Positions 41,820 through 51,941 of a stretch of DNA of 64,000 nt are shown here, piece after piece. The position numbers were made by a program, and so were the translations under genes. Within the stretch, counting starts at the first letter, position 1; each line of letters opens with the position of its first letter. Origin of the DNA: Candidatus Falkowbacteria bacterium (GTDB lineage: Bacteria > Patescibacteriota > Patescibacteriia > Patescibacteriales > WJLG01); contig CAVVFV010000008.1 in the NCBI GenBank assembly GCA_963747695.1, positions 139,592 through 203,591 on the forward strand, in the 5' to 3' direction. Under the pieces are notes generated by a model that was not told the origin of the DNA, made no database searches, and was given only the letters and a program-made list of their open reading frames with translations.

Positions 41820-42647
41820 ATGATCAGCAGTTTACACGCGATTATCTTAGGAGCGGTTCAAGGCTTAACCGAATTTTTGCCGATCTCTTCCAGCGGCCAC
41901 TTGATCGTTATTCCTTATTTATTCAATTGGCCTTATCAGGGGAAATCTTTTGACGTGGCTTTGCATGCCGGCACGGTCGTGGCCTTGCTGATTTATTTTT
42001 GGCAAGACTGGCTCGTCATCATTAAAAACGGTTTTACGAAAAAATCCGCGACGCCCAGCCAGGCGGCTTGGCCGTATCCGCGGAATTTTCTCTGGCAGAT
42101 AGTCGTCGCTTCCATTCCGGCCGCGATTTTCGGCCTGGCGATCGACCAAGTTATGGAAAAATGGTCGACCGATCACGTCGGCGCCGCCATCATCATTATT
42201 GCTATTAATTTTGCGGTCTTCGGCTGGCTGCTTTGGTTCGTCGATAAGAAAGTCAAAAATAAAGTCGCCCCGGCCGAAATGACTTATGGCAAAGCCTTTA
42301 TCGTCGGCTTATTCCAATCCATTGCTTTGATACCGGGTGTTTCCCGTTCCGGCATAACTTTGACCGGCAGCCGTCTGGTCGGCTTGCCCCGTGAAGAGTC
42401 GGCGCGATTTTCTTTTTTGATCGGCGCGCCGGCGATCATCGGCGCGCTTTTAGTGGAACTGCCCAAGATCATCAAAGATGATTTGAGTCTGTCATTTTGG
42501 CTGGGGGTGATCACCGCCGCGGTCTTTGGCGTCGTGGCTATCAAATTCTTGATCGCTTATCTTAAAAAAAGCGATTTCTCATTATTCCTCTGGTATCGTT
42601 TGGCGGTCGCCGCCGTCGTGATAATTGTTTTTTTATTCCGCCGGTAA
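41820..42647 (+). CDS. uppP: undecaprenyl-diphosphate phosphatase
   Basis: 275 aa polytopic protein. GAVQGLTEFLPISSSGHL and PGVSRSGITL are the BacA/UppP signature regions. Confidence 0.85.
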   Translation: MISSLHAIILGAVQGLTEFLPISSSGHLIVIPYLFNWPYQGKSFDVALHAGTVVALLIYFWQDWLVIIKNGFTKKSATPSQAAWPYPRNFLWQIVVASIPAAIFGLAIDQVMEKWSTDHVGAAIIIIAINFAVFGWLLWFVDKKVKNKVAPAEMTYGKAFIVGLFQSIALIPGVSRSGITLTGSRLVGLPREESARFSFLIGAPAIIGALLVELPKIIKDDLSLSFWLGVITAAVFGVVAIKFLIAYLKKSDFSLFLWYRLAVAAVVIIVFLFRR

Positions 42648-42656
42648 ACAAAAAAA

Positions 42657-42681
42657 CCTCAACCTGAAGTTGAGATTTTTT
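42657..42681 (+). terminator. rho-independent terminator
   Basis: cctcaac-ctgaa-gttgaga followed by T6. Confidence 0.6.
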
Positions 42682-42806
42682 CGGTAAAGAGTTGGCAGCT
42701 CGCGCTCATGCGCTCCTATCATTGAATACGAAGTACTGCCGGAAAAAGTTTCGCAGGTCGCGCGCAATCTTGCCATAACCTTTATAAAGTGATATTATTT
42801 ATATAT

Positions 42807-43382
42807 ATGAGTATTTTTACCGATGAAGAATTGGTGGCCGAATATCTCAAAGGGGATGAAAAATCTCTGGAATTATTGATCCAAAGATATTTAACGCGGG
42901 TTTTTCAATTCGCCAACCGATATTTGCAAAACAAGGATGAAGCCGAGGATATCTCTCAGGAAGTTTTCGTCAAAGTCTGGAAAAACGTCCATAAATTCAA
43001 GGCCAATTTCAAATTCAAGACTTGGCTTTATACGATCACTAAAAATGCCTGTTTGGACTGGTTGAAAAAGAAAAATCGGCCGGTGGCTTTTTCCGCGCTG
43101 GATGACGAAGAGAATAATTGGGGGTTTGTCGACTCTTTGGCCGATCGAACACAGTCGGTTTTAGAAACCATCAAGAAGAATGAGGGCGCCCAAGCGCTTA
43201 ATTTCGCCTTGGAAGAATTGTCGCCGATCTATCGCAACACGGTCAATCTGCGGTATCAGGAGAATTTGAAATTCCGGGAGATCGCCGAGGTGCTGCATCA
43301 ATCCGTGGATACTATAAAAACCCGCCATCGCCGGGCGATTAAATCTTTAAGAAAAATCTGGCAGCGAAAAAATCGGGACTAA
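42807..43382 (+). CDS. ECF-type RNA polymerase sigma factor
   Basis: Region 2 (EDISQEVFVKVW..FKTWLYTITKN) and region 4 (FREIAEVLHQSVDTIKTRHRRAIKSLR). Start taken at MSIFTDEEL. Confidence 0.8.
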   Translation: MSIFTDEELVAEYLKGDEKSLELLIQRYLTRVFQFANRYLQNKDEAEDISQEVFVKVWKNVHKFKANFKFKTWLYTITKNACLDWLKKKNRPVAFSALDDEENNWGFVDSLADRTQSVLETIKKNEGAQALNFALEELSPIYRNTVNLRYQENLKFREIAEVLHQSVDTIKTRHRRAIKSLRKIWQRKNRD

Positions 43383-43463
43383 AAAAATGTGAGCCTGACA
43401 GGGGCTCATTTTTTGTTGGCAAAATCGGCTGAACCAAAAATTGCGATTATTCGTATAAAAAGT

Positions 43464-43859
43464 ATGAATGAAAAGCCATCTGCCGATCTTTATGATCGCG
43501 TAATCAATCGAATAAATTACGAACATAAGCTTCTTTTGCTAAAAAGAAAGCTTTTTGGCTATCTGGCCGGATTCACCGTGTCTTTAGTTGCTTTTATTCC
43601 TTTGTTCAGCAGGTTCCACCAGGACATTGTCCAGTCCGCCCTGCCCCAATTTTTTTCTTTATTTTTTTCCGATTTCCACGGCGTGATCGCCAATGGCGTT
43701 GATTTTTTTTGGGTGATCCTGGAATCGATCCCGGCCTCTTCGGCCGCCTTGACGCTTCTGGCTTTGACGGCCTTTGTCTTCAGCTTGATTAAATTTTTTT
43801 ATTTTTTGGGCGAGTTCAGGGACTTGCACCATCTTAAAGTGAAACATCTCAAGATCTAA
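43464..43859 (+). CDS. membrane protein, possible anti-sigma factor
   Basis: Lies downstream of the ECF sigma gene. N-terminal cytoplasmic segment, then 3 TM. Start chosen after the hairpin tgagcc..ggctca-T6 at 43390..43418. Confidence 0.45.
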   Translation: MNEKPSADLYDRVINRINYEHKLLLLKRKLFGYLAGFTVSLVAFIPLFSRFHQDIVQSALPQFFSLFFSDFHGVIANGVDFFWVILESIPASSAALTLLALTAFVFSLIKFFYFLGEFRDLHHLKVKHLKI

Positions 43860-43860
43860 T

Positions 43861-44337
43861 ATGAATTTCAGAGAAATTATCAATTCAAAAATATTTCGAA
43901 CTGTGCTGACCGTGGCGGCCTGCCTGGTTGTTTTGGTGTTGGTTTTTTCCGCCGGAGTTTTTGTCGGCATCGAAAAGGCTAAATTTTCCTATGGCTGGGG
44001 AGAAAATTATTATCGTAATTTTGTCGACCCAAGAGGTCCTTCAATCGGTCCGCTCGATAGCCACAATCCGTTTTGGGATAAGACTTATATCAGTCCGCAC
44101 GGTTTGCTCGGTCAGATCATCGAATTAAATGACCATGGTTTCGTCTTGGTCGGGAAGAATCAGACCGAAGTGCCGGTCGAAGTCGACAACCAGACGATCA
44201 TCGAGAATCAGCGTGGCAGTTTAAAATTGTCCGAGCTCAAGATCGGCGATCAGGCGGTCGTAATCGGAGCGCCGGATAGCGAAGGGGAGATCGAGGCGAA
44301 ATTAGTTAGGATCGATAATGGAATTTTTCATCAATAA
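43861..44337 (+). CDS. hypothetical single-TM protein
   Basis: 158 aa with an N-terminal TM and a beta-rich C-terminal region. Confidence 0.5.
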   Translation: MNFREIINSKIFRTVLTVAACLVVLVLVFSAGVFVGIEKAKFSYGWGENYYRNFVDPRGPSIGPLDSHNPFWDKTYISPHGLLGQIIELNDHGFVLVGKNQTEVPVEVDNQTIIENQRGSLKLSELKIGDQAVVIGAPDSEGEIEAKLVRIDNGIFHQ

Positions 44338-44352
44338 TTATTAATATTTTAT

Positions 44353-46284
44353 ATGAAAATTTTTTTCGGAAAAATCAAAAGTATGATCGCTGCCCACAAA
44401 ATTATTACTGTTTTGGTAATAATTATTTTGGGGGTGGCCGGTTATTACGGTTATCAGAAATTTAACGCGACTTCGACGAAGACGAGCTACGTCACCCAGC
44501 CGATCTCTTTGCAGACGATTACCGTTTCCGTCACCGGCTCCGGCCAGGTTTCGGAACTGAATAGCGTCGATATCAAGCCGCAGATCTCGGGAAATTCGGA
44601 AGCATTGACGGCGATGAACGTCAAGAAAGGCGACCAGGTGAAGGCCGGCCAGGTTCTGGCCATCGTCGATCAGAGCAGCGCCTTGGCTTCGCTTAGCCAG
44701 GCCAGATCCTCTTTGACCAACGCGGAAGCCAATTATCAGACTTTGATTTCCGGCGCCACGGCTGTGGACATCAATATCAGCCAGAACAGCGTGACCCAGG
44801 CGCAAAATTCGTACAATAACGCTTTGTTATCTCAGCAAAACACCATTCAAACCACCGCCAACAACGTCACCCAGGCGCAAAATGCCTTGAATGATCTGGA
44901 GGACACCACCAGCGCGGCCAACCCGACAAATAAAAGAGGAGTAGCGATCGCCGCGGTCGATAACGTGCTTACCCAAGACCGCAGCGCCTTAGATGCGGAA
45001 AATGGGTTATTAACCGACGATAACTTCAAGGCGGCCTTTAGCGTTCTTGACTCAAGCCAGGTCAATTACGCTAAGAGCAGCTATGATAGCGCGGTTATTC
45101 TGCTGACCACCGCGCAAAACAGTTTGGCCAATGCCCAGCTCTCCCGTACTGATGCTAATGTCGATCAGGCGGTAAATGACGCAGTGAGCGCTTTGAACGG
45201 CACAGCAACCTCTTTGAATTATTGTTTTACCGCCTTGCAAGATTCGGTCGCGGGTAACGATATTTCCCAAGGCACGATTAACAGCTATAAATCCTCGATC
45301 AACAGCCAGCTTTCCACGGTCAACAATGGCATTACTTCGATCCAAAATGCCGACCAAGCGCTTAAGGATGCCATCACGGCAGATCAGAATGCTTTACAAA
45401 CCGCGCAGTTGAACGAGCAGACGCAATTGGCTCAGGCCAAAGCCTCGGTGGACTCGTCCAGCAATTCCTTGCAAAACGCCAAGGATCAGCTGACCAAGCT
45501 GACTGCTCCGCCGACGACGCAAAACGTCAATACCGCTTTAGCTTCAATCGAATCAACCAAGACTCAATTACAGCAAGCGACGACCAATTATAATAACACA
45601 ATTATCACCGCTCCGTTTGACGGATTGATCGCGGCGGCGGCTCCGCATCAGGGTGATCAAGTATCGCCCTCGACAGTCATCGCGACTTTGATCACCAATC
45701 AGTTCGTGGTAGTCATCCCGCTTAACGAAGTTGATGTGGCTAAAGTCCAGGTTGGCGATCCGGCGGTTTTGACTTTCGACGCGATCGACGGCCTGACCGT
45801 TGCCGGAAAAGTAATCGATATCGATACAATCGGCACCGTCAGCCAAGGCGTAGTTACTTATAACGTTAAGATCAGTTTGGATACTCAAGATGCCAGCGTC
45901 AAGCCGGGGATGAGCACTAACGCCTCGATTATCACTCAGGTCGAGCCCGATGTCTTGGCCGCGCCGAATGCGGCGATTAAATCGCAAGGCACAGCCAATT
46001 ATGTAGAGGAACTGAATGCTGCCGGAAAGCCGCAGAATATCCCGGTGACGATCGGAATTGCCAATGATACTTATACTCAGATTATTTCCGGCGTCAAAGA
46101 AGGGGATAATGTCGTGACGCAAACGATCACTTCGGCCGTTTCCAAAACAACGACCGGCACCTCTGGCATCGGCAGCCTTCTCGGCGGCGGCCGGGCGGCG
46201 GGCGGCGCAGCCGGATTTACCGGCGGAGCCACCTTCAGAGTCGGCGGCGGAGGCGGCGGAGCAACTCCGGCGCGGGGAAATTAG
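44353..46284 (+). CDS. HlyD/MacA-type membrane-fusion (periplasmic adaptor) protein with very long coiled coil
   Basis: N-terminal TM, lipoyl-like VKKGDQVKAGQVLAIVD, about 300 aa of Gln/Ala/Asn-rich coiled coil, a beta-barrel region and a Gly-rich tail. Upstream of the MacB-like ATPase and permease. Confidence 0.75.
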   Translation: MKIFFGKIKSMIAAHKIITVLVIIILGVAGYYGYQKFNATSTKTSYVTQPISLQTITVSVTGSGQVSELNSVDIKPQISGNSEALTAMNVKKGDQVKAGQVLAIVDQSSALASLSQARSSLTNAEANYQTLISGATAVDINISQNSVTQAQNSYNNALLSQQNTIQTTANNVTQAQNALNDLEDTTSAANPTNKRGVAIAAVDNVLTQDRSALDAENGLLTDDNFKAAFSVLDSSQVNYAKSSYDSAVILLTTAQNSLANAQLSRTDANVDQAVNDAVSALNGTATSLNYCFTALQDSVAGNDISQGTINSYKSSINSQLSTVNNGITSIQNADQALKDAITADQNALQTAQLNEQTQLAQAKASVDSSSNSLQNAKDQLTKLTAPPTTQNVNTALASIESTKTQLQQATTNYNNTIITAPFDGLIAAAAPHQGDQVSPSTVIATLITNQFVVVIPLNEVDVAKVQVGDPAVLTFDAIDGLTVAGKVIDIDTIGTVSQGVVTYNVKISLDTQDASVKPGMSTNASIITQVEPDVLAAPNAAIKSQGTANYVEELNAAGKPQNIPVTIGIANDTYTQIISGVKEGDNVVTQTITSAVSKTTTGTSGIGSLLGGGRAAGGAAGFTGGATFRVGGGGGGATPARGN

Positions 46285-46452
46285 TTAATGCGTTAAATAA
46301 TTTTGCCACTTTTTTTAAAAAAAGTGGCAAAGATGTTGCTATAATCGCAATAATAAAAATTAATTTATTTGTTAGATAAAAATATTGCGTTTGGCTAAAA
46401 AATATTCAGACTAAGTACCTAATTAACCAATTAACTAATCGACTAATCCACC

Positions 46453-47172
46453 ATGATCGAGTGTAAAAATATTTATAAATCATATGAGAACGGCGGCGTC
46501 GTCACCGAAGTCTTGAAAGATATTTCTTTTAAAGTAAAAGACGGCGAGTTTGTCGCGATCACCGGCCCGTCCGGTTCCGGCAAATCAACGATGATGCACA
46601 TCATTGGCGCCTTGGATACTCCGACCAAAGGACAATATCTTTTGGACGGCATCGATGTTTCCACTTTGTCCGATGATAAGTTGGCGGCCATCAGGAATTC
46701 CAAGATTGGTTTTGTCTTTCAGGCTTTCAATCTTTTGTCGCGCGCCACGGTTTTGCGCAATGTAGCTTTGCCCTTGGTTTATGCCAATATTCCCAAGCCG
46801 AAGCGCGAAGAAATGGCCAAGCGCGCCCTCCTGCAGGCTGGTTTGGATGAATCACGTTTTTATCATTTATCCAATCAATTGTCCGGCGGGCAGATGCAGC
46901 GCGTGGCCATCGCCCGTTCGCTCGTTAATGATCCGTCGATTTTATTGGCTGACGAACCGACCGGTAATCTTGATTCCAAAACCGGCGATATCGTGCTGGC
47001 AACCTTTCAAGAATTAAACAGAAAGGGCCGTACCATAATTTTGATCACCCATGAGCCGTATGTCGCTGAACATGCCGATCGGATCATTATGGTTAAAGAT
47101 GGAAAAATTGTGAGCGACGGCGCGAATCACCAGAAGAGAGTGCTAACTAAGATTACCGATGATGAAACTTAA
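46453..47172 (+). CDS. ABC transporter ATP-binding protein (MacB/LolD-like)
   Basis: Walker [10 protein letters not shown], signature [13 protein letters not shown] and Walker [12 protein letters not shown]. Confidence 0.85.
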   Translation: MIECKNIYKSYENGGVVTEVLKDISFKVKDGEFVAITGPSGSGKSTMMHIIGALDTPTKGQYLLDGIDVSTLSDDKLAAIRNSKIGFVFQAFNLLSRATVLRNVALPLVYANIPKPKREEMAKRALLQAGLDESRFYHLSNQLSGGQMQRVAIARSLVNDPSILLADEPTGNLDSKTGDIVLATFQELNRKGRTIILITHEPYVAEHADRIIMVKDGKIVSDGANHQKRVLTKITDDET

Positions 47173-47293
47173 AACATGATGCTGCAAATTTTTCGCGAAT
47201 ACCTGCCTGCCGGCGGGCAGGCTGCGAACTATTTAACTAATTATTCGTTTCTGCTTACTACTAGTAGTATTCGCATTATCTATACAAACCTTT

Positions 47294-48517
47294 ATGAGAG
47301 TACAAGATTTGTTCGAAGAAAGTTATAGCGCGCTCGTCAGCAATAAAGTCAGAACTGCTCTGACGATCCTTGGTATTGTCATTGGTATCGGTTCGGTGAT
47401 CGCCATGGTGGCAATCGGCCAGGGTTCGCAGAATTCAATCCAAGCCAGCATCGCTTCGATCGGATCAAACCTTTTGATTGTTACGCCGGGGGCGCAGCGC
47501 ACCATCGGCGCGGGCGTCAGCGCCGGCCGCGGCAGCGCGCAAACTCTAACGCAAGCCGATGCCGACGCGATCAAAGCGCAAATTACCCAAGCCGCAGCTG
47601 TTTCGCCTGAAGTAACCGGCCGATATCAAGTGACGGCCAAGGGGACGAACACCAACACCTCCGTTCTTGGCGCCAGTCCGGATTATGCCCTGGCGCACGA
47701 TCTGTCCATCAGTTCGGGAAATTTTATCACTGCGCCGGATATAACTTCGGACGGCAAGGTGGCGGTGCTCGGCCCGACCGCGGCCGTTGACCTGTTCGGT
47801 TCCAGCACTAATCCGATCGGCCAAATCATCAGGATCAAACAAATCATTTTTAAAGTTGTCGGGGTTACGGTTGCCAAGGGCGGCAGCGGCTTCACCAGTC
47901 CGGACAGCGACATTTTTATTCCCATCTCGACCGCCCAGCATTATTTGACCGGCGCCCAATATGTTTCCCAGATCAGCGTCGAAGCCGATAGTGCCAAAGA
48001 TATGGATCTGGTCCAGCAGGAGATAACCAATCTGCTTTTGGATCGCCATAAGATTTCCGATCCGACGGCGGCGGATTTTTCCGTCGTTAATCAAGCCGAT
48101 ATCGCTTCCGCCGCTTCCGGTGTCACCAATACTTTGACCGCGCTCCTGGCTTCGATCGCCGGAATTTCTTTGGTCGTCGGCGGCATCGGCATAATGAATA
48201 TGATGCTGACCACCGTTACCGAACGCACTCGCGAGATCGGTTTGCGCAAGGCGATCGGCGCCACCCGCAACAATATCAATTCGCAATTTTTGACCGAAGC
48301 GGTGATGCTGACTTTTTCCGGGGGACTATTGGGGATAATTCTGGGGTGGGTACTTTCTTTACTGGTAACTAAGTTCGCCGGCATTGCCGCGGCAATTTCG
48401 CCGTCTTCAGTGCTTTTGGCTTTTGGCGTTTCAGCCGCCATCGGTTTGATCTTCGGTTATTATCCGGCGCGGCGCGCCTCCCGAATGAATCCGATCGAAG
48501 CCCTTAGATTTGAATAA
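47294..48517 (+). CDS. ABC transporter permease, MacB/FtsX type
   Basis: 407 aa with a MacB-like external domain and FtsX bundle. Ends ..ARRASRMNPIEALRFE. Confidence 0.8.
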   Translation: MRVQDLFEESYSALVSNKVRTALTILGIVIGIGSVIAMVAIGQGSQNSIQASIASIGSNLLIVTPGAQRTIGAGVSAGRGSAQTLTQADADAIKAQITQAAAVSPEVTGRYQVTAKGTNTNTSVLGASPDYALAHDLSISSGNFITAPDITSDGKVAVLGPTAAVDLFGSSTNPIGQIIRIKQIIFKVVGVTVAKGGSGFTSPDSDIFIPISTAQHYLTGAQYVSQISVEADSAKDMDLVQQEITNLLLDRHKISDPTAADFSVVNQADIASAASGVTNTLTALLASIAGISLVVGGIGIMNMMLTTVTERTREIGLRKAIGATRNNINSQFLTEAVMLTFSGGLLGIILGWVLSLLVTKFAGIAAAISPSSVLLAFGVSAAIGLIFGYYPARRASRMNPIEALRFE

Positions 48518-48566
48518 CGATAAAATAGCATTTGTTAATTTCGAAAATTATTTTTTACTAATTTAA

Positions 48567-48652
48567 ATTGTTATATTGTTATATTGCTATATTGTCACGC
48601 GACGATTCTAAATTTTTTAGCAATATAACAATATATCAATATAACAATATAG
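48567..48652. repeat. caatata/tattg-family intergenic palindrome, copy 2
   Basis: Arms are attgttatattgttatattgctatattgtcacgc and tagcaatataacaatatatcaatataacaatatag. Ends 4 nt before ATG 48657. Confidence 0.75.
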
Positions 48653-48656
48653 TATT

Positions 48657-49154
48657 ATGAAGAAGAACATCATCATTTTGATTATCGTGGTCATCGTCGT
48701 GGCGGCAGCCGGATTTTATGGCGGTATGCTTTACGGAAAACAGACTGCCGCAAAAACGGCGGCGGCTGGCGCGGCTAATCGAGCCGGTTTTACCGGTACG
48801 CGCGGCACGACCGCCCGCACGGGTGCTGCCGGAGCGGGGATTGCCAATGGCCAGATACTAGCCAAGACTGACAACAGTCTGACTATCAAATTGGCCGCCG
48901 GCGGATCAGAGATTGTTTTCCTGGCGCCCAGTTCCCAAATTATGCAATCTTCCACGACTACGATCGGTAATCTGAACGTCGGCCAAAACGTGATGGTCAG
49001 CGGCACGAGCAATTCCGACGGCAGTATTACGGCGAGAACCGTACAAGTAGGTGACTTCCGTTTTGGCGGTAACCGGCCGGCTACTTCCACTCAAGGCCAG
49101 GCTCCGGCGGGCCAAATCCCGGGCAGCGCGGCTGCTTCGGCTCAAGGTCAATAA
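48657..49154 (+). CDS. single-TM exported protein, Ala/Gly-rich
   Basis: 165 aa with an N-terminal TM. LNVGQNVMVSGTSNSDGSITARTVQV resembles DUF5666-type beta domains, a weak match. Confidence 0.5.
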   Translation: MKKNIIILIIVVIVVAAAGFYGGMLYGKQTAAKTAAAGAANRAGFTGTRGTTARTGAAGAGIANGQILAKTDNSLTIKLAAGGSEIVFLAPSSQIMQSSTTTIGNLNVGQNVMVSGTSNSDGSITARTVQVGDFRFGGNRPATSTQGQAPAGQIPGSAAASAQGQ

Positions 49155-49167
49155 TTTCGCGGCCTTT

Positions 49168-49199
49168 AAAATCCCGTCAGCGGTTGGCGGGATTTTTGT
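49168..49199 (+). terminator. rho-independent terminator
   Basis: aaaatcccg..cgggattttt. Confidence 0.55.
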
Positions 49200-49234
49200 T
49201 TGAATTTGGAGATTATAAATGATAAAGTTAAAGG

Positions 49235-50257
49235 ATGGACGAACTAAGACTAGCCAATCGGCAATATTTTTGGGCGAAAATTATTTTTGGCCTTTTGCTT
49301 TTGATTCTGGCTGCGGTTTTGTATGCCGACCGGGCGGAAGTCAGGGAATTGATTTTTAACGCCCATTGGTCCAGGCTGATCTGGCCAATAGTTTTTTCTT
49401 TCATTTCCTTGTTCGCCGCCAGTTATGGTTTTTTTGTGATCGGCCGGGAGGTCAAACTGAAGATTGATCCGCTGCGTTTGTTTCTCGCCGGTTTCGTGAC
49501 AATTGTTATCAACGACCTGATCACTTCCGCCGGGACCGCCGCCTTTTCGCTGCGGGTTATTCTGCTCCGCAAGAAAGATGTCAGCGCCCGGGAGATCATT
49601 TCGGCTTCGATATTCCACTCCTATTTCAATTTCCTGGCGGCGATCCTGCTCTTGCCGTTCAGCCTGTTTTTTCTGTCGATGTCCGACGATTTTCCTTTTT
49701 CCGACAAAATAATCTTCATAATTTTTGCCGCGATCATGGTTCTGGTCTTTGCTCTGGCCACCTGGATTTTTTTCAGTCAGCGGGCGCGAACCGCCTTGAT
49801 CAATTTCTTCGAACGCCTGATCTGCCGTTTTAACAGCCGAAGCTGCAACAGGATATTCGCTAAATTCAAAAAGACGATCGATTTCGGCGCCTTAGTCATC
49901 AATAAGAAATCAAACATCGCTGTTATTTCAATCGCCACTTTTATCGACTGGCTGTTCACTCTGTTTGCCCTTTGGGCTTGCTTCTGGGCGCTGGGGATCA
50001 ATCTGTCTTTCGGTTCGATTTTGTCGGGATTCTTTGTCGGCTACTTCCTCGGTTTCATTTCTTTGATTCCCGGAGGCATCGGAGTTCAGGAGGGTTCGAT
50101 GGCCGGCATTTATGTCCTTTTGGGAGTGCCTTTTTCCCAGGCGATCATCGCCGTTTTGCTTTTCCGGCTGATTTACTATATCATTCCTTTTGTTCCCGCC
50201 GTATTTTTATACGGCGATCTCTTAAGGAAAGTTAAGACGGAACCGGTCAATTCTTAA
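49235..50257 (+). CDS. polytopic membrane protein, UPF0104/flippase-like (LPG-synthase TM region-like)
   Basis: 340 aa with about 8 TM. The family assignment is from general resemblance only. Confidence 0.5.
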   Translation: MDELRLANRQYFWAKIIFGLLLLILAAVLYADRAEVRELIFNAHWSRLIWPIVFSFISLFAASYGFFVIGREVKLKIDPLRLFLAGFVTIVINDLITSAGTAAFSLRVILLRKKDVSAREIISASIFHSYFNFLAAILLLPFSLFFLSMSDDFPFSDKIIFIIFAAIMVLVFALATWIFFSQRARTALINFFERLICRFNSRSCNRIFAKFKKTIDFGALVINKKSNIAVISIATFIDWLFTLFALWACFWALGINLSFGSILSGFFVGYFLGFISLIPGGIGVQEGSMAGIYVLLGVPFSQAIIAVLLFRLIYYIIPFVPAVFLYGDLLRKVKTEPVNS

Positions 50258-50261
50258 ATTT

Positions 50262-50723
50262 ATGCTGGAAATTATAATTTTAGCCATCGGCAAGGTTAAG
50301 AATGAATATTTTTCCGAAGCGATCCGGGAATATTTGACGCGCCTCAAACCATACGCGGCAATAAAAATTTTGGAGTTGGCTCCGGAACCGTTTACCGATT
50401 CCAACCGGGAAAAGGCCAAACAGCTGGAAGGGGAGCGGATCGTCCGCGTTTTGGAAAAATATGCCGGCGAGCAAATTTTTTTGATGCATGAACGCGGTAG
50501 AGAGTTGGATTCGGTAAAGTTTTCGGAAAAATTGGCGGCGGCCGGCGGGAAACTCGTTTTTGTGATTGCCGGCGCCTTGGGCTTTGCCGAAGAAGTCCTG
50601 AAAAAATATCCCCTGCTTTCTCTGTCCCAGATGACTTTTCCTCATGAAATGGCTCGGCTAATATTAGTGGAGCAGATCTATCGCTCCGCCACTATTATTA
50701 AGGGTAAAACTTATCATTATTGA
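50262..50723 (+). CDS. rlmH: 23S rRNA (pseudouridine1915-N3)-methyltransferase
   Basis: 153 aa SPOUT protein: ILAIGKVKNEYFSEAIREYLTRL.. and C-terminal LSLSQMTFPHEMARLILVEQIYRS. Confidence 0.85.
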   Translation: MLEIIILAIGKVKNEYFSEAIREYLTRLKPYAAIKILELAPEPFTDSNREKAKQLEGERIVRVLEKYAGEQIFLMHERGRELDSVKFSEKLAAAGGKLVFVIAGALGFAEEVLKKYPLLSLSQMTFPHEMARLILVEQIYRSATIIKGKTYHY

Positions 50724-50796
50724 TGTTTTTGGTTTATAAATTGCTAATATTAAATAATTAATTTCAAATCAGTCACCGATATTTCGGTGTTTTTTA

Positions 50797-50825
50797 TTGA
50801 CATTATCTTAATTATGTGATATACT
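50797..50825 (+). promoter_or_regulatory. near-consensus sigma-70-type promoter
   Basis: TTGACA (50797..50802), a 17-nt spacer and TATACT (50820..50825). It lies just after the terminator hairpin caccga..tcggtg-T6 and upstream of SD aaggaaggg plus ATG 50894. Confidence 0.6.
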
Positions 50826-50893
50826 AACAGTATCAATAATTTAATTTGATTGTAATTTAAATCTACTTAACCAATATAAAGGAAGGGAAATCT

Positions 50894-51244
50894 ATGGAAG
50901 CAACAGTTGTGGCAGTAGCCGTCTCATCAAGCCGTTGCGGTCTCAAATTGGATGTTGAGAAACATGTTGCGGAATACGGCGTTGCGGTTGGATCAGATAT
51001 CGCTTGGTCGATGATTCCTCCCGATCGGTCGCTGGTTTTCATCAACCACTCCGGTGAATACATGAGTTCGATGGTCACGGTCCTCTCGTCGGAAGCCCTT
51101 GATTCGTTGCGGAAACCGGGAAGGACGTTTTACCTGATGTCGCCGGAGAGGGCCAAGATTTCCGACGTGAAATTACCCAGAACCTTTCCCCGCTCCCGAG
51201 CGCCGAAATCCCGTCCCTCTTACAGAAATTTCTGGGATCTTTAA
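50894..51244 (+). CDS. hypothetical 116-aa protein
   Basis: Good SD and a strong promoter. No motif, basic Pro/Arg/Ser tail. Confidence 0.5.
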   Translation: MEATVVAVAVSSSRCGLKLDVEKHVAEYGVAVGSDIAWSMIPPDRSLVFINHSGEYMSSMVTVLSSEALDSLRKPGRTFYLMSPERAKISDVKLPRTFPRSRAPKSRPSYRNFWDL

Positions 51245-51331
51245 TCGGATCGCCTCGCCCGTTGTATAACTACAACCGGCGGGGCATTTTGTTTTTGCCG
51301 GCTTTTTGGTAAAATATAGCTGATATGTCCT

Positions 51332-51811
51332 ATGAACCGGCCCGCTAAGCTGTTTCAGGCATTTTTAGAGTCGCCGGTGGGCGTTTTGAAGATTGAAGCG
51401 AACCAAGATAAGATTTTATCGGTTTTGTTCACCGATCAGAAAAAGAAAAACGCGCGCCAACCGGAAGTGCTTAAACATTGCCTTAAGCAGTTGAAAGAAT
51501 ATTTTTACCAAGGAAGAAGAAAATTCGCCCTACCCTTGGAATTGGAGGGTACGGTTTGGCAGAAGAAAGTCTGGGAGGAGCTTGCTAAGATTCCGTTCGG
51601 CAAAACTTTGTTCTATGCGGAACTGGCCGAAAAGCTCGGCGGCAAAAAATTGTCTCGCGCCGTGGCCTCGGCCTGCGCCCAGAATAAAATTTTGTTTATC
51701 ATTCCCTGCCATCGGGTGATCGGTTCAAATGGCGGCTATGTCGGCTATCGCGGCGGCCTAAAACACAAAAAATGGTTATTAGATTTTGAAAAGACTAAAA
51801 AGTGCAATTAA
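51332..51811 (+). CDS. ogt: methylated-DNA--protein-cysteine methyltransferase
   Basis: Active-site IIPCHRVIGSNGGYVGYRGGL and the helix-turn-wing region FGKTLFYAELA. Confidence 0.85.
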   Translation: MNRPAKLFQAFLESPVGVLKIEANQDKILSVLFTDQKKKNARQPEVLKHCLKQLKEYFYQGRRKFALPLELEGTVWQKKVWEELAKIPFGKTLFYAELAEKLGGKKLSRAVASACAQNKILFIIPCHRVIGSNGGYVGYRGGLKHKKWLLDFEKTKKCN

Positions 51812-51835
51812 CTCATTTATTTTTTCTTATATAAG

Positions 51836-51918
51836 CGTTGCTATATTGTTATATTGCTATATTGTTACGCAACGATTTAAAGATTTTTAACAATATAACA
51901 ATATGCCAATATAACAAT
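51836..51918. repeat. caatata/tattg-family intergenic palindrome, copy 3
   Basis: Arms are gttgctatattgttatattgctatattgttacgc and ttaacaatataacaatatgccaatataacaat. Confidence 0.75.
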
Positions 51919-51941
51919 TTTATTAAATAATCAACTAATTT

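Noticed and set aside
50830-51300. The strongly promoted unit as a housekeeping ncRNA (RNase P RNA, tmRNA, SRP RNA, 6S).
   Set aside because: None of the conserved cores I know (for example GAGGAAAGUCC, a tmRNA tRNA-like end, the SRP GGAA/AGCA domain) are present. A clean 116-codon ORF with a good SD fits better.
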